Assembly (NCBI GenBank): GCA_023228445.1
Contig: JALOBD010000001.1
Coordinates: forward strand, 1,101-65,100
Length of the DNA: 64,000 bases
Source of the DNA: Sphaerochaeta sp.
Lineage (GTDB): Bacteria; Spirochaetota; Spirochaetia; Sphaerochaetales; Sphaerochaetaceae
Direction: 5' to 3'
Shown: positions 9,054 to 17,408 of the stretch, piece by piece
Layout of the letters: each line of letters starts with the position of its first letter
Position numbering within the stretch: the stretch's first letter is position 1
Position numbers and translations under genes: made by a program
The notes under the pieces: model-generated
Database searches by the model: none
Told to the model about the DNA's origin: nothing
Seen by the model: the letters and a program-made list of their open reading frames with translations, nothing else

Positions 9054-9790
9054 CACACTCGCTCTCCGAACTCGCTGCCGAAGTAGATCTCACGCGCCTC
9101 CTTGTTGGCAAGCAGCTCCTTGCGTGTTCCGCTGACCAGGATCGATCCAGCATTGATGATGTGGCTGGTGGTGGTGATGGAGAGGGTGTCGATGACATTG
9201 TGGTCGGTCAAAAGGATGCCGATGCCCGCCTTTGCCATCGTGGTGATGAGGCTCTTGATCTCATAGACCGCCTTGGGGTCGATACCGGCAAAGGGTTCGT
9301 CCAAGAGGAGGAACTTGGGGTCTGCCGCGAGGCAACGGGCGATCTCGCAGCGCCTGCGCTCCCCGCCGCTGAGGGTATACCCCTTCTGATGACGCACCTC
9401 TTGGATACCGAACTCCTCCAGCAACGCCTCCACCCGTGCCTGTTGTTCCCGACCGCTGAGGTCGTCCCGACTCTCTGCCACCAAGCGGATGTTCTCTTCG
9501 ACGGTGAGCTTGCGGAAGATCGAGGGTTCCTGGGGCAGGTAGGAGAGGCCTTTGCGGCTACGCAGGTGCATCGGCAGCGAGGAGATCTCCTCGCCGTTGA
9601 GGATGATCGATCCCCCCTTGCTCTTGAGAAAGCCGACGATCATGTAGAAGCTCGTCGTCTTGCCCGCTCCGTTGGGCCCGAGCAGGCCGATGATCTCCCC
9701 GCTCCTCATGGAGAAGGAGACGTCCTTGACCACCTGTTTGCGACCGTAGAACTTGACCAGGTTGCGTACCTCAAGGATGTTATCACCCAC
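9053..9790 (-). CDS. lptB: LptB-family ABC ATPase
   Basis: GPNGAGKTT, YLPQEPSIFRKL, LSGGERRR, DEPFAGIDP, TDHNV; adjacent to rpoN. Confidence 0.96.
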   Translation of the reverse strand: MGDNILEVRNLVKFYGRKQVVKDVSFSMRSGEIIGLLGPNGAGKTTSFYMIVGFLKSKGGSIILNGEEISSLPMHLRSRKGLSYLPQEPSIFRKLTVEENIRLVAESRDDLSGREQQARVEALLEEFGIQEVRHQKGYTLSGGERRRCEIARCLAADPKFLLLDEPFAGIDPKAVYEIKSLITTMAKAGIGILLTDHNVIDTLSITTTSHIINAGSILVSGTRKELLANKEAREIYFGSEFGERV

Positions 9791-10406
9791 CGATCACCCC
9801 CTTGATCGCCCCCTTCATCACAATCTCCTCGCTCTCTAGGTCGACCTCAATCCGCTGCGCCTCATAGCGGTCGCCGTCCCACGCCACCCTGGCGTTTCCA
9901 CTCATATCCAGCGTCTCTGCTGTACGATCGAAGACGAGGCGGTCGCTTTGACAGACCATCGGGCCACGATCGGTGTGTCGCAAGAGCAGCACGGAGACCT
10001 CCAGTTCAACAATTGAACGCTGGATGTCGTAGAAGAGGCGGAACGATGAAGCGTGCACCTGGTTTGCCGTATCGTCGATCTCCACATAGCCGTTGACCGC
10101 CACCGTCTCCTCGATGCGGTCATAGAAGAGGGATCGGGTGGTGAGCACAATGCCCCGCTCCTCGTCGGTGAGGAGAACCGAGCCGGTACAGGAGACGTAG
10201 CGGTACTCCTCACCGCCCAGTTCGATGGTATCGGCGCTCAGTGTCATCGAGCCGCTCCCAATCGTTGCTCCGCCGGTCAGCGAGACGCTCTCTCGCCCCT
10301 CCTTCATCACCAGCTTTGTCGCTCCCCCGCTGAAGGTGATTGCCTCGGCGGCGGGGAGGGGCAGGGTGAGCAGCAGTGAGCAGACGCAGAGAAGAAGAAC
10401 CTTCAT
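9783..10406 (-). CDS. LptA/OstA-like beta-jellyroll periplasmic protein
   Basis: Signal peptide, repeated beta-strand pattern, position before lptB. Confidence 0.75.
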   Translation of the reverse strand: MKVLLLCVCSLLLTLPLPAAEAITFSGGATKLVMKEGRESVSLTGGATIGSGSMTLSADTIELGGEEYRYVSCTGSVLLTDEERGIVLTTRSLFYDRIEETVAVNGYVEIDDTANQVHASSFRLFYDIQRSIVELEVSVLLLRHTDRGPMVCQSDRLVFDRTAETLDMSGNARVAWDGDRYEAQRIEVDLESEEIVMKGAIKGVIGG

Positions 10407-10942
10407 GGTAACAACACCCCCTCGGTGATGCGGTCGAAGGTGAAGGTCGAGTTCTTCAAATCCCCGTCGAGGCCATAGCCTTCGATGCGTTTGTCGTTGG
10501 TGTAGACGATGGTGACCAGCTGGTCGGCAGGGGCGTTGATCAACTGCTGCTTGTGCAACCAGGTGAGTTCATCTGCGGTGATGACAACATCGTTACGGTA
10601 GTCGGTTACCTGGACATTTCCCCTCAGCAGGGCATCCCAACTCTTGGTGTTCGCCTCCGCCTCGTCAGAGCGTCCACTGAGGGTGACGGTGCCCGTCTCA
10701 TCGTACTGGCTGAAGGAGATGTCGGTGATCACGGCGGTGTCACTCTTCTCGAAGATGGATATTTCGGCAGCTTGGATGGCGATGGGCTCGCTCTCCTCGT
10801 CCTTGAGCACGTATTCGGCGTTGACCAGGGTGAGATCGGGCAGCGACAGGGTTCGGCTGGCCAGCTCAGCCTCGGTGGAGAGGGAGCAGGAGATGGTCAA
10901 CAATGATGCAATAACCATGCCAATACATGCTTTTCTGGACAT
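10403..10942 (-). CDS. LptC-like lipoprotein
   Basis: Lipobox-like LLTISC; L.GNV...I.ADEL.W pattern; synteny lptC-lptA-lptB. Confidence 0.72.
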   Translation of the reverse strand: MSRKACIGMVIASLLTISCSLSTEAELASRTLSLPDLTLVNAEYVLKDEESEPIAIQAAEISIFEKSDTAVITDISFSQYDETGTVTLSGRSDEAEANTKSWDALLRGNVQVTDYRNDVVITADELTWLHKQQLINAPADQLVTIVYTNDKRIEGYGLDGDLKNSTFTFDRITEGVLLP

Positions 10943-10948
10943 GGTTCG

Positions 10949-10977
10949 AGTATACCTGCCCTTTGGCCTTTGGGCAA
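10949..10977 (-). promoter_or_regulatory. Leaderless-type sigma70 promoter of the lptC-like gene
   Basis: TTGCCC-17 nt-TATACT-6 nt-ATG, no SD. Confidence 0.65.
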
Positions 10978-10979
10978 TC

Positions 10980-11387
10980 TCAATCGTGGTCCTGTTTTTG
11001 AATGACGACGGGCATATAGCGACGTTGCCGTGTCCTGAAGTACGCCCACACCCCGGCAAAGCCCACTGCAATGCCGCCGAGGGAGAGCAGGAAGGAGGCT
11101 CCCTCGCCGAGGCCTGCGGCCTTGGAGAGGTAGTAGCAGACGGGGAAGAGGACCAACGGGGCGATGAGGGTGATCAAGGTCCCGCCGATGGTGCGTGCCG
11201 GATGGAGGAAGAGGTTGATGGTATCGCCGCTCTTCAGCTCCAGCTTCTCCTTGTTCCAGGCCTTGAAGGTCCTGTTCTTGGTAGTACAAAATGCCGAACC
11301 CTTGCAACCGTTGCAGGCAGCGGATGAACAGCTGACTTCGATCAGGTCGTCTCCAAGGAGTCTGGTTATGGTGACGTGCTCGTGCAT
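10980..11387 (-). CDS. RseC/MucC (SoxR reducing system) family membrane protein
   Basis: CxxC...C N-terminus, GD.I motif, two C-terminal TM helices. Confidence 0.8.
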   Translation of the reverse strand: MHEHVTITRLLGDDLIEVSCSSAACNGCKGSAFCTTKNRTFKAWNKEKLELKSGDTINLFLHPARTIGGTLITLIAPLVLFPVCYYLSKAAGLGEGASFLLSLGGIAVGFAGVWAYFRTRQRRYMPVVIQKQDHD

Positions 11388-12193
11388 GGTGTTTGCTCCT
11401 GTTTCCCGTCGACGGGAATACGAATCGGTTCGATGGCCACCGCCTTGCCACTGTCATCGATGTCGACGAGGACACCGACGAGCTCGAGGCTCTCCCAACA
11501 CTCCTGGCTGCGCCTCGGCACCGCGGTGATCTGCTTCTCGATCTCCCCGTCGGGATCGAAGCCTCCCACGCTCATCTGGCTGCCGCACCGGCCATTGTCG
11601 GTGATGTAGGCGGTCCCGCCTCTAAGGATGGTGGCATCGGCGCTCAGCACCTTGGTGTGGGTGCCGATGACCGCCGCCGCCTTGCCCTTGAGCATATGGC
11701 CCATGGTGAGCTTCTCAGCGGTGGGGGAGGCGTGGAACTGCACCAGGGCGATGGCTCCTTCGCCGAGGGCTTGGTCGACCAGGTACTGGGCGAGAGCGAA
11801 GGCGTTGGAGAGGTGGGTGCGGGGAAAGTCGGCATTGCCGAGGAGATTGATGATGCACACCTTCTGCTCGGCTACGGTGAGGTAGCGTACCCCGCGTCCC
11901 GGGTTCTGTTGTGGATAGTTGGCCGCTCTGAGAATCGAGGGGTTCTTGTCAATGAATTCAACCATGTCGAGCTTGTAGTAGAGTTTTTCTCCACCGGTGA
12001 TGACATCGATACCCAGCTTCAAGAGCTGCATGGAGTGGGCCTTGCCCAAGCCGAAGCCACCGGTGGCGCCCTCGGCGTTGGCGATGACCAGGTCGATGGA
12101 CCGCGCCTCTCGCAGCGGACGCAGCGCGTTCTTGACACAGGTAATGCCGGGCTTTCCTACGATCTCTCCCAAAAAGAGGACTCTGATGCTCAT
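11366..12193 (-). CDS. YmdB/TIGR00282-family metallophosphoesterase-like protein, degenerate active site
   Basis: Colinear with YmdB motifs (LFLGEIVG, ILRAANYP, FHA, GTHT, YITD). Confidence 0.85.
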   Translation of the reverse strand: MSIRVLFLGEIVGKPGITCVKNALRPLREARSIDLVIANAEGATGGFGLGKAHSMQLLKLGIDVITGGEKLYYKLDMVEFIDKNPSILRAANYPQQNPGRGVRYLTVAEQKVCIINLLGNADFPRTHLSNAFALAQYLVDQALGEGAIALVQFHASPTAEKLTMGHMLKGKAAAVIGTHTKVLSADATILRGGTAYITDNGRCGSQMSVGGFDPDGEIEKQITAVPRRSQECWESLELVGVLVDIDDSGKAVAIEPIRIPVDGKQEQTPCTSTSP

Positions 12194-12199
12194 GGCTCT

Positions 12200-12229
12200 A
12201 CAGTACCGATTTTCTTACCCCCATGGCAA
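12200..12229 (-). promoter_or_regulatory. Leaderless-type promoter of the ymdB-like gene
   Basis: TTGCCA-18 nt-TACTGT-6 nt-ATG, no SD. Confidence 0.55.
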
Positions 12230-12247
12230 GGGATGGCAGGGGACGAA

Positions 12248-12273
12248 GACAAGCCACCGCATGATGGCTTGTC
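12248..12273 (-). terminator. Hairpin downstream of tRNA-Arg
   Basis: GACAAGCCA-N8-TGGCTTGTC. Confidence 0.6.
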
Positions 12274-12278
12274 GATGA

Positions 12279-12353
12279 TGAGCCCGGCGAGACTCGAACT
12301 CACGGCCTTCTCCTCCGGAGGGAGACGCTCTATCCAGACTGAGCTACGGACCC
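12279..12353 (-). tRNA. tRNA-Arg(CCG), CCA not encoded
   Basis: Cloverleaf GGGTCCG/CGGGCTC, D arm GCTC/GAGC, anticodon arm TCTCC-CTCCGGA-GGAGA, T loop TTCGAGT. Confidence 0.97.
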
Positions 12354-12364
12354 GAAGCTTTGTC

Positions 12365-12393
12365 ATCGTACACACCTCGCTTTGCTCTGTCAA
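12365..12393 (-). promoter_or_regulatory. sigma70 promoter of tRNA-Arg
   Basis: TTGACA-17 nt-TACGAT. Confidence 0.75.
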
Positions 12394-12515
12394 GGGAGGT
12401 ACACATAAAATCCTATGACAAAAGAACATAAATATCTAATTAAATACTATGCAACAAGTAATACAGCAATGCCTTTCTGTGTCAAGAAATATTGGAATCA
12501 TCAATGTCGCAACTC

Positions 12516-12544
12516 TTGACACTTGTTGCCGCTCTTACTAGACT
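12516..12544 (+). promoter_or_regulatory. sigma70 promoter of the exported protein at 12567
   Basis: TTGACA-17 nt-TAGACT with AT-rich upstream region. Confidence 0.72.
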
Positions 12545-12566
12545 AGTTTCAGGGGAGTTTCTGTAG

Positions 12567-13145
12567 ATGAACAAGCGAACGCAAGCACATACATTCCTGG
12601 TTGCAACACTCTTGTTGCTGTTCATTGCCCTGAGCGGGCTTGCGGCAGCGGTGTCCACGCTTCCGTTCAATCAAATCAGGGTAGTGGGACAGATGCCCAT
12701 CACCGAGATTTTCCGAGTCGACCAGAACGAACAGGCCCTTGACTTCAACCTGGTGGAGAGTCGCAACAGCATCGTACAGGTCGGTTCCTACACCTTGATC
12801 TCCAACAACATCAGCGGCCAATTCAAGCTCACCATCAAACCGGGTGAGTTGGGAGACCTCGACCAGTTCATCTTCTCCCTCGACCAGGGCGAACCGCTGA
12901 TCGATGGCCAACTCTCCGAGCTGCCCTTCTCCATCCGCGTCACCAGCGAGACGAGTCGAACCTCGAGTGTCGGCGGCTCGCGGGCGATGGTCAAGGACCT
13001 CGGTGTGCGTGGTGGCTACTCCAACAACAGCGCCATCCTCTACGAAAGTGGCGAGATCCTTGCTGAGATTCCGGACTTCAATCCCGACCGCTACGCCACC
13101 GGGCGGTACAGCGCAGCACTGCAGCTCTCCATCGAAGTGCTCTAG
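12567..13145 (+). CDS. Exported all-beta hypothetical protein (pilin/Ig-like fold suspected)
   Basis: Signal peptide; C-terminal G-R-Y-S-A-A-L-Q-L-S-I-E-V strand; promoter and SD upstream. Confidence 0.7.
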   Translation: MNKRTQAHTFLVATLLLLFIALSGLAAAVSTLPFNQIRVVGQMPITEIFRVDQNEQALDFNLVESRNSIVQVGSYTLISNNISGQFKLTIKPGELGDLDQFIFSLDQGEPLIDGQLSELPFSIRVTSETSRTSSVGGSRAMVKDLGVRGGYSNNSAILYESGEILAEIPDFNPDRYATGRYSAALQLSIEVL

Positions 13146-13450
13146 ATGAACTGGTTGTCGAGGAAGAGCTCGTCCTCGTCGTCATCATCGTCGTGAAATT
13201 GCATCCTGATCAGGTCACGCAGCCACTGGGCATCGTCATTGTCCGTTGCTTCGCTGTGCGTCGCTCCCTCGACGGGTAGGTCGAGCCAGGCGCTCAACGC
13301 CAGGAGCGCTTCGGGTGATGAAAAGCAGGGACGCCCCTCAAGGGCGCCTGTCTCTTGGCTCTTGCCCAACAGGTGATAGGGGCAGCGTGCACAACTCTCC
13401 GATAGCTTACAGAAGCGAATCACTTCACTGTACCATTCTCGATTGTTCAT
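13142..13450 (-). CDS. Small Cys-rich hypothetical protein with acidic tail
   Basis: C-x5-C-x2-CP...C; poly-Asp tail; TATGCT-6 nt-ATG start; fills the gap and overlaps the neighbour stop by 4 nt. Confidence 0.65.
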   Translation of the reverse strand: MNNREWYSEVIRFCKLSESCARCPYHLLGKSQETGALEGRPCFSSPEALLALSAWLDLPVEGATHSEATDNDDAQWLRDLIRMQFHDDDDDEDELFLDNQFI

Positions 13451-13552
13451 GGAACCAGCATACCCCACCACCGCCACTTTTTCCATCGCAAAGCGTTGGA
13501 TAGTTGATTCATCTCTGATAGAATGCCAACCAATGAGGCAAGGAGTGTGCAG

Positions 13553-14461
13553 ATGAAACCAACACTACTGGTATTGGCCGCCGGCATGGGAAGCCGGTAC
13601 GGGGGGATCAAGCAGATCGATGGCGTGGGTTCCCATGGCGAGACATTGCTCGATTATGGGGTATACGACGCCAAGGAGAGTGGCTTTGGCCGGGTTGTCT
13701 TCATCATCCGAAAAGACATTGAGCGGGACTTTCGTGAACGGGTCTTCGACCGGATCGCTCGCAATTTCGATGCCTCCTACCTCTTCCAAGGCATGGACGA
13801 TTTGCTCACCGAGGAGCAGAAGCGCCTCTCGGCAGCCCGGACCAAGCCCTGGGGGACGGTCCACGCCCTCCTCTGCGCCCGCACGGCGGTTGACGAGCCG
13901 TTTGCCGTCATCAACGCCGACGACTACTACGGGCGCGAGGCCTTCCAGATCCTTGCCTCTCACCTCAGCAGCATCGAGAACACCAGCTGCGAGCACGCGA
14001 TGGTCGGCTATGTGCTGCGCAACACGATGAGCCGCAGCGGGACGGTCAGCCGGGCGATCTGCTCAGTGGATGCGGGGTATTTGGTCAGTATGGAGGAGCA
14101 CACCAAGATCGGCTTCGAGGAGGAGCGGATCATCAGCCGGCGTGACAGCGGGCCGGTGCAGCTCACGGGAGATGAGGCGGTATCGATGAACTTCTTCGGT
14201 TTTGCCCCCACGGCGTTCGAGAGCTTTGCCTCCTACTGGGAGTCGTTCATCAATGCCAATGTCACCTCAGGCAAGAACGAGTGCTACCTGCCCAACGGGG
14301 CGAGTGCCATCGTCACCAAGGGCGAGGGGCGGCTGCGCTTCTACACCACCGACGAGACGTGGTTCGGCATGACATACAGCGAGGACCGCCCGATCGTCAA
14401 GGACGAGCTGGCCAAGAAGGTGAGGGCCGGCATCTACCCCGAGCGCCTCTGGCAGCATTGA
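13553..14461 (+). CDS. Sugar-phosphate nucleotidyltransferase family protein
   Basis: LAAGMGSRYGG.KQ, RTKPWGT, INADDYYG; AAGGAG SD. Confidence 0.9.
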   Translation: MKPTLLVLAAGMGSRYGGIKQIDGVGSHGETLLDYGVYDAKESGFGRVVFIIRKDIERDFRERVFDRIARNFDASYLFQGMDDLLTEEQKRLSAARTKPWGTVHALLCARTAVDEPFAVINADDYYGREAFQILASHLSSIENTSCEHAMVGYVLRNTMSRSGTVSRAICSVDAGYLVSMEEHTKIGFEEERIISRRDSGPVQLTGDEAVSMNFFGFAPTAFESFASYWESFINANVTSGKNECYLPNGASAIVTKGEGRLRFYTTDETWFGMTYSEDRPIVKDELAKKVRAGIYPERLWQH

Positions 14462-15376
14462 TCACTGCATCTGTGTGGTATCCGACCGCCCCCGCCAGGC
14501 GGCGGTCTCCAGTGATTTGAACCCTTCGCCGATCACCTCATACGCCTCACCGATGACCATGAACGCCTCTTTGTCGAAGCGGTGGACGATGGTGGTGAGC
14601 AGCGCCAGCTTGTTGTTGGCGATCACACTCATCAACATGGGGCGCGCTTGCTTGCTGTACATCCCCTGTCCCTCGATGAGGGTGACGCCATGGCCGAGCT
14701 CGCTCATGATGGCATCGGCGATCTCCTGATGACGGTCGCTGACGATCCATACCGTCTTGGCCGACCGGGTGCCGAAGGAGAGGACCACCGCATCGATGGT
14801 CACGCTGGTGATATAGACGGTGATGGTCGCGTAGAGGGCCCGCTCGAAACCGAAGATGAAGGCGCTTGAGGCGATGACCAGTGCATCGACGAGGAACAGC
14901 GAGGTCCCCATCGACAGTGGCGTGTAGCGCGAGAGAATCTGGGCAAGGATGTCGGTGCCCCCGGTATTGGCGCCGCTGCGCATCACCAGGCCCACTCCGA
15001 TGCCCATCAACGACCCGCCCGATATCGCACTGAGCAAGGTGGAGAGCTCCTTGGTGTAGTCGAGCAGCCCGAAGCGGCCCACTTGGGCTTCGATGATCGA
15101 GGTGAAGGCGCTGAGCAGCAGTGTGCCGAGCAGCGACTTGAAGCCGTATTGGGGCCCGAATATGGCGATCCCCAGCACAAAGAGCGGCACCGAGAGGATG
15201 AGGATCATCAAGCCAGTGTCGAAGCCGAGCGTGTGGTGGAAGATGATGGCGATGCCGCTGACCCCACCGGAGGCGATCATGGCGGGGCTGCAGAAGAGTG
15301 CGATGCCCATGGCGGTAAAGAGCGAACCCAGGATGATGTAGGCGATCTCCCGGATCTTATAGCGGCGCAGATCCAT
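14462..15376 (-). CDS. YitT family membrane protein
   Basis: SGGVSGIA, TGGTDIL, C-terminal GVT...G.Y...D.EAF...GEGF. Confidence 0.92.
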   Translation of the reverse strand: MDLRRYKIREIAYIILGSLFTAMGIALFCSPAMIASGGVSGIAIIFHHTLGFDTGLMILILSVPLFVLGIAIFGPQYGFKSLLGTLLLSAFTSIIEAQVGRFGLLDYTKELSTLLSAISGGSLMGIGVGLVMRSGANTGGTDILAQILSRYTPLSMGTSLFLVDALVIASSAFIFGFERALYATITVYITSVTIDAVVLSFGTRSAKTVWIVSDRHQEIADAIMSELGHGVTLIEGQGMYSKQARPMLMSVIANNKLALLTTIVHRFDKEAFMVIGEAYEVIGEGFKSLETAAWRGRSDTTQMQ

Positions 15377-15394
15377 GGTCACAGCATACGACCT

Positions 15395-15973
15395 CTAGCT
15401 GAGTTTGTCACCAAGATGCACCGAGAAGCGGTCGATGCGGTCGAGCAGACGGGCTGGTTCATCGTCGACGATGAGGGCGTCGAGCAACTCGCCTTTGATG
15501 AACCCCTGCTTGCTTGCGTGGTGCAGGAAGGTGAGCAGCGGGTCGTAGAAACCTGCGGTGTTGAGCAGCGCCACCGCCTTGGTATGCAAGCCAAGCTGCA
15601 ACCAGGTGAAGACCTCCAGAATCTCTTCGAAGGTGCCGACGCCACCGGCCATCGCCACAAAACCGTCGCTCATCTCATACATGCGCGCCTTGCGCTCGTG
15701 CATCGTGTCGACGACGATCAGCTCTTCCTCAACGCGCTTCTGGCGTACATCGCTGCGATCGAGGATCCGGGGCAACACCCCGATGACCCGCCCTCCCTGT
15801 GCATGGAGCCGCTCGGCTGCAATGCCCATCAGGCCGCGGTTGCCCCCACCGTAGACCATCGTCACCCGGTGCTGATGGAGCAGATCCCCCATCTCTCGTG
15901 CCGCATGTTGATAGCGGATATCAGCTCCTTCACTGCTGCCACAAAAGAGGGCAAGGCTCTTGATTGTTTCCAT
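15395..15973 (-). CDS. LOG/TIGR00730 family nucleotide phosphoribohydrolase
   Basis: FCGSS, YGGG..GLMG, MHERKARM, AGGVGTFEE. Confidence 0.93.
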   Translation of the reverse strand: METIKSLALFCGSSEGADIRYQHAAREMGDLLHQHRVTMVYGGGNRGLMGIAAERLHAQGGRVIGVLPRILDRSDVRQKRVEEELIVVDTMHERKARMYEMSDGFVAMAGGVGTFEEILEVFTWLQLGLHTKAVALLNTAGFYDPLLTFLHHASKQGFIKGELLDALIVDDEPARLLDRIDRFSVHLGDKLS

Positions 15974-16318
15974 GACAAAGAAGCCTACCGCTTGTCGTCC
16001 CCTTGGGCAAGTACCATCGATGCAGGCGTGGTGTGTCACATCCAGTGCGACCGGTTACCCGGGTCCGGGGTGGAACTTGGCCACTGGCCCTCTTACCCGT
16101 TGCCCTGGTTCGCCCGAGGTGGAGAGGGCACGATGTATCCCAACAATACACATATCCGATTCATTGAAGCGTTATTTGTTGTTGGCAGGTGTATTTCAGG
16201 GTAACATTTTGTGGATTTGCTTGTTATATTAGAGTGGAGCGTGTATGATAATATCAATAGGCACGTCTACAATATCGTTGCCGGCCAATCAGTGGCTATA
16301 AAATAGGAGTTATGAACT

Positions 16319-17335
16319 ATGAGAGTGAAATTCATCGCATTGTTGACAGTCTTGGTCATGGTACCGGTCTTGGCCTTTTCCGCCCCTGTGGTCATAACTT
16401 GGGAGTGGATGTTGGAAGACCCGATGGTGACCACCTTCCGTTATCAGCTCGACGGAGAGGATGAGGCCAATTGGACGGTTGTCGACTCCTTCGTCACCTC
16501 GTACACCGAGTTTGGCTTGGATGGGGATGTGCCCCATATCCTCTACCTTCAACAGTCCTATGACGGAATCAACTACAGTAGTAGCGCCACCTCCGTCGCA
16601 GAGCCGCTGTTTGTCGTTGAAGACGAACCAGTTGTCGAGGCCGAACCGGTCGTTGAAGAAGAGCTGGTCGTTGAAGAGCCTGTTGCGCTCATCGAAGAGG
16701 CGGAGATAATTGAAGAAGCGGAGCCGGTTGAGGCGCCAGTGCCCGCAGCAGCCCCGAAGGCTGCCAAAACGAAGCCGGAGAGCCGGTACTACACCACCAT
16801 TACCCTCGGTGGTACCTTCAACTACCAGCTCTCCAACAAGATGAGCACATACTCCTTGTACAACGTCAAAGCTGGCATCGGATTGAACTTCAACAACATC
16901 TTTACGCTTAACAAGGCGATGGGCCTTGGCCTGGACATCGATGCGGCGTACAGCCCGTATATGAAAATAACTCCAGGGTGGGGGAAGGCGAAGGACGACT
17001 TGTTTGCTGGAAAATTCAAAGATCTCTTTGATTCCTTCGACCACGCCCTTGATGTCTCTGCCGCTGTCATGTTGAACATGCACTCCTCCAAGGTCGCTTT
17101 CGACATCGGCCTCGGCGGCTTCTTCATCTGGGGACCGGAGCTGGCCAATGATGCGGGCGACAACATGCTCTTCGGACCGCTGGCAAAAGCCTCGCTTGCC
17201 TACCGCTTCGGCAAGACCATCAGCGCCGGAGTCAGCGGGAAAGCCGGTATGGTCTTCAGTGCAGGCGGCTTGACGCCCCTGACGAGCTTGCCGGTGTTTG
17301 CAGAGGGAAGCCTCTTTATGGGGCTCTCCTTCTAA
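16319..17335 (+). CDS. Outer-membrane-type protein: N-terminal FnIII/Y_Y_Y-like domain, Glu/Pro/Val linker, C-terminal beta-barrel-like domain
   Basis: Signal peptide; FRYQLDG...W; EPVVE repeats; amphipathic strands ending in Phe. Confidence 0.7.
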   Translation: MRVKFIALLTVLVMVPVLAFSAPVVITWEWMLEDPMVTTFRYQLDGEDEANWTVVDSFVTSYTEFGLDGDVPHILYLQQSYDGINYSSSATSVAEPLFVVEDEPVVEAEPVVEEELVVEEPVALIEEAEIIEEAEPVEAPVPAAAPKAAKTKPESRYYTTITLGGTFNYQLSNKMSTYSLYNVKAGIGLNFNNIFTLNKAMGLGLDIDAAYSPYMKITPGWGKAKDDLFAGKFKDLFDSFDHALDVSAAVMLNMHSSKVAFDIGLGGFFIWGPELANDAGDNMLFGPLAKASLAYRFGKTISAGVSGKAGMVFSAGGLTPLTSLPVFAEGSLFMGLSF

Positions 17336-17363
17336 GCGCCACCACCACCATCGAACACAGAGG

Positions 17364-17382
17364 GAGCCCGCAATGCGGGCTC
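17364..17382 (+). terminator. Hairpin after the 16319 gene
   Basis: GAGCCCGC-AAT-GCGGGCTC; weak U tract. Confidence 0.5.
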
Positions 17383-17408
17383 TCGCTCATATCTTGGGAG
17401 CTCCTGGT

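Noticed and set aside
12279-13450. Genomic island integrated at tRNA-Arg
   Set aside because: The AT-rich spacer is on the tRNA 5' side; no integrase and no duplicated tRNA 3' end seen
16182-16199. sigma54-like site TGGCAG-N5-TTTCA upstream of 16319
   Set aside because: The invariant -12 GC is absent (TC); a TGATAAT sigma70-like -10 lies closer to the gene
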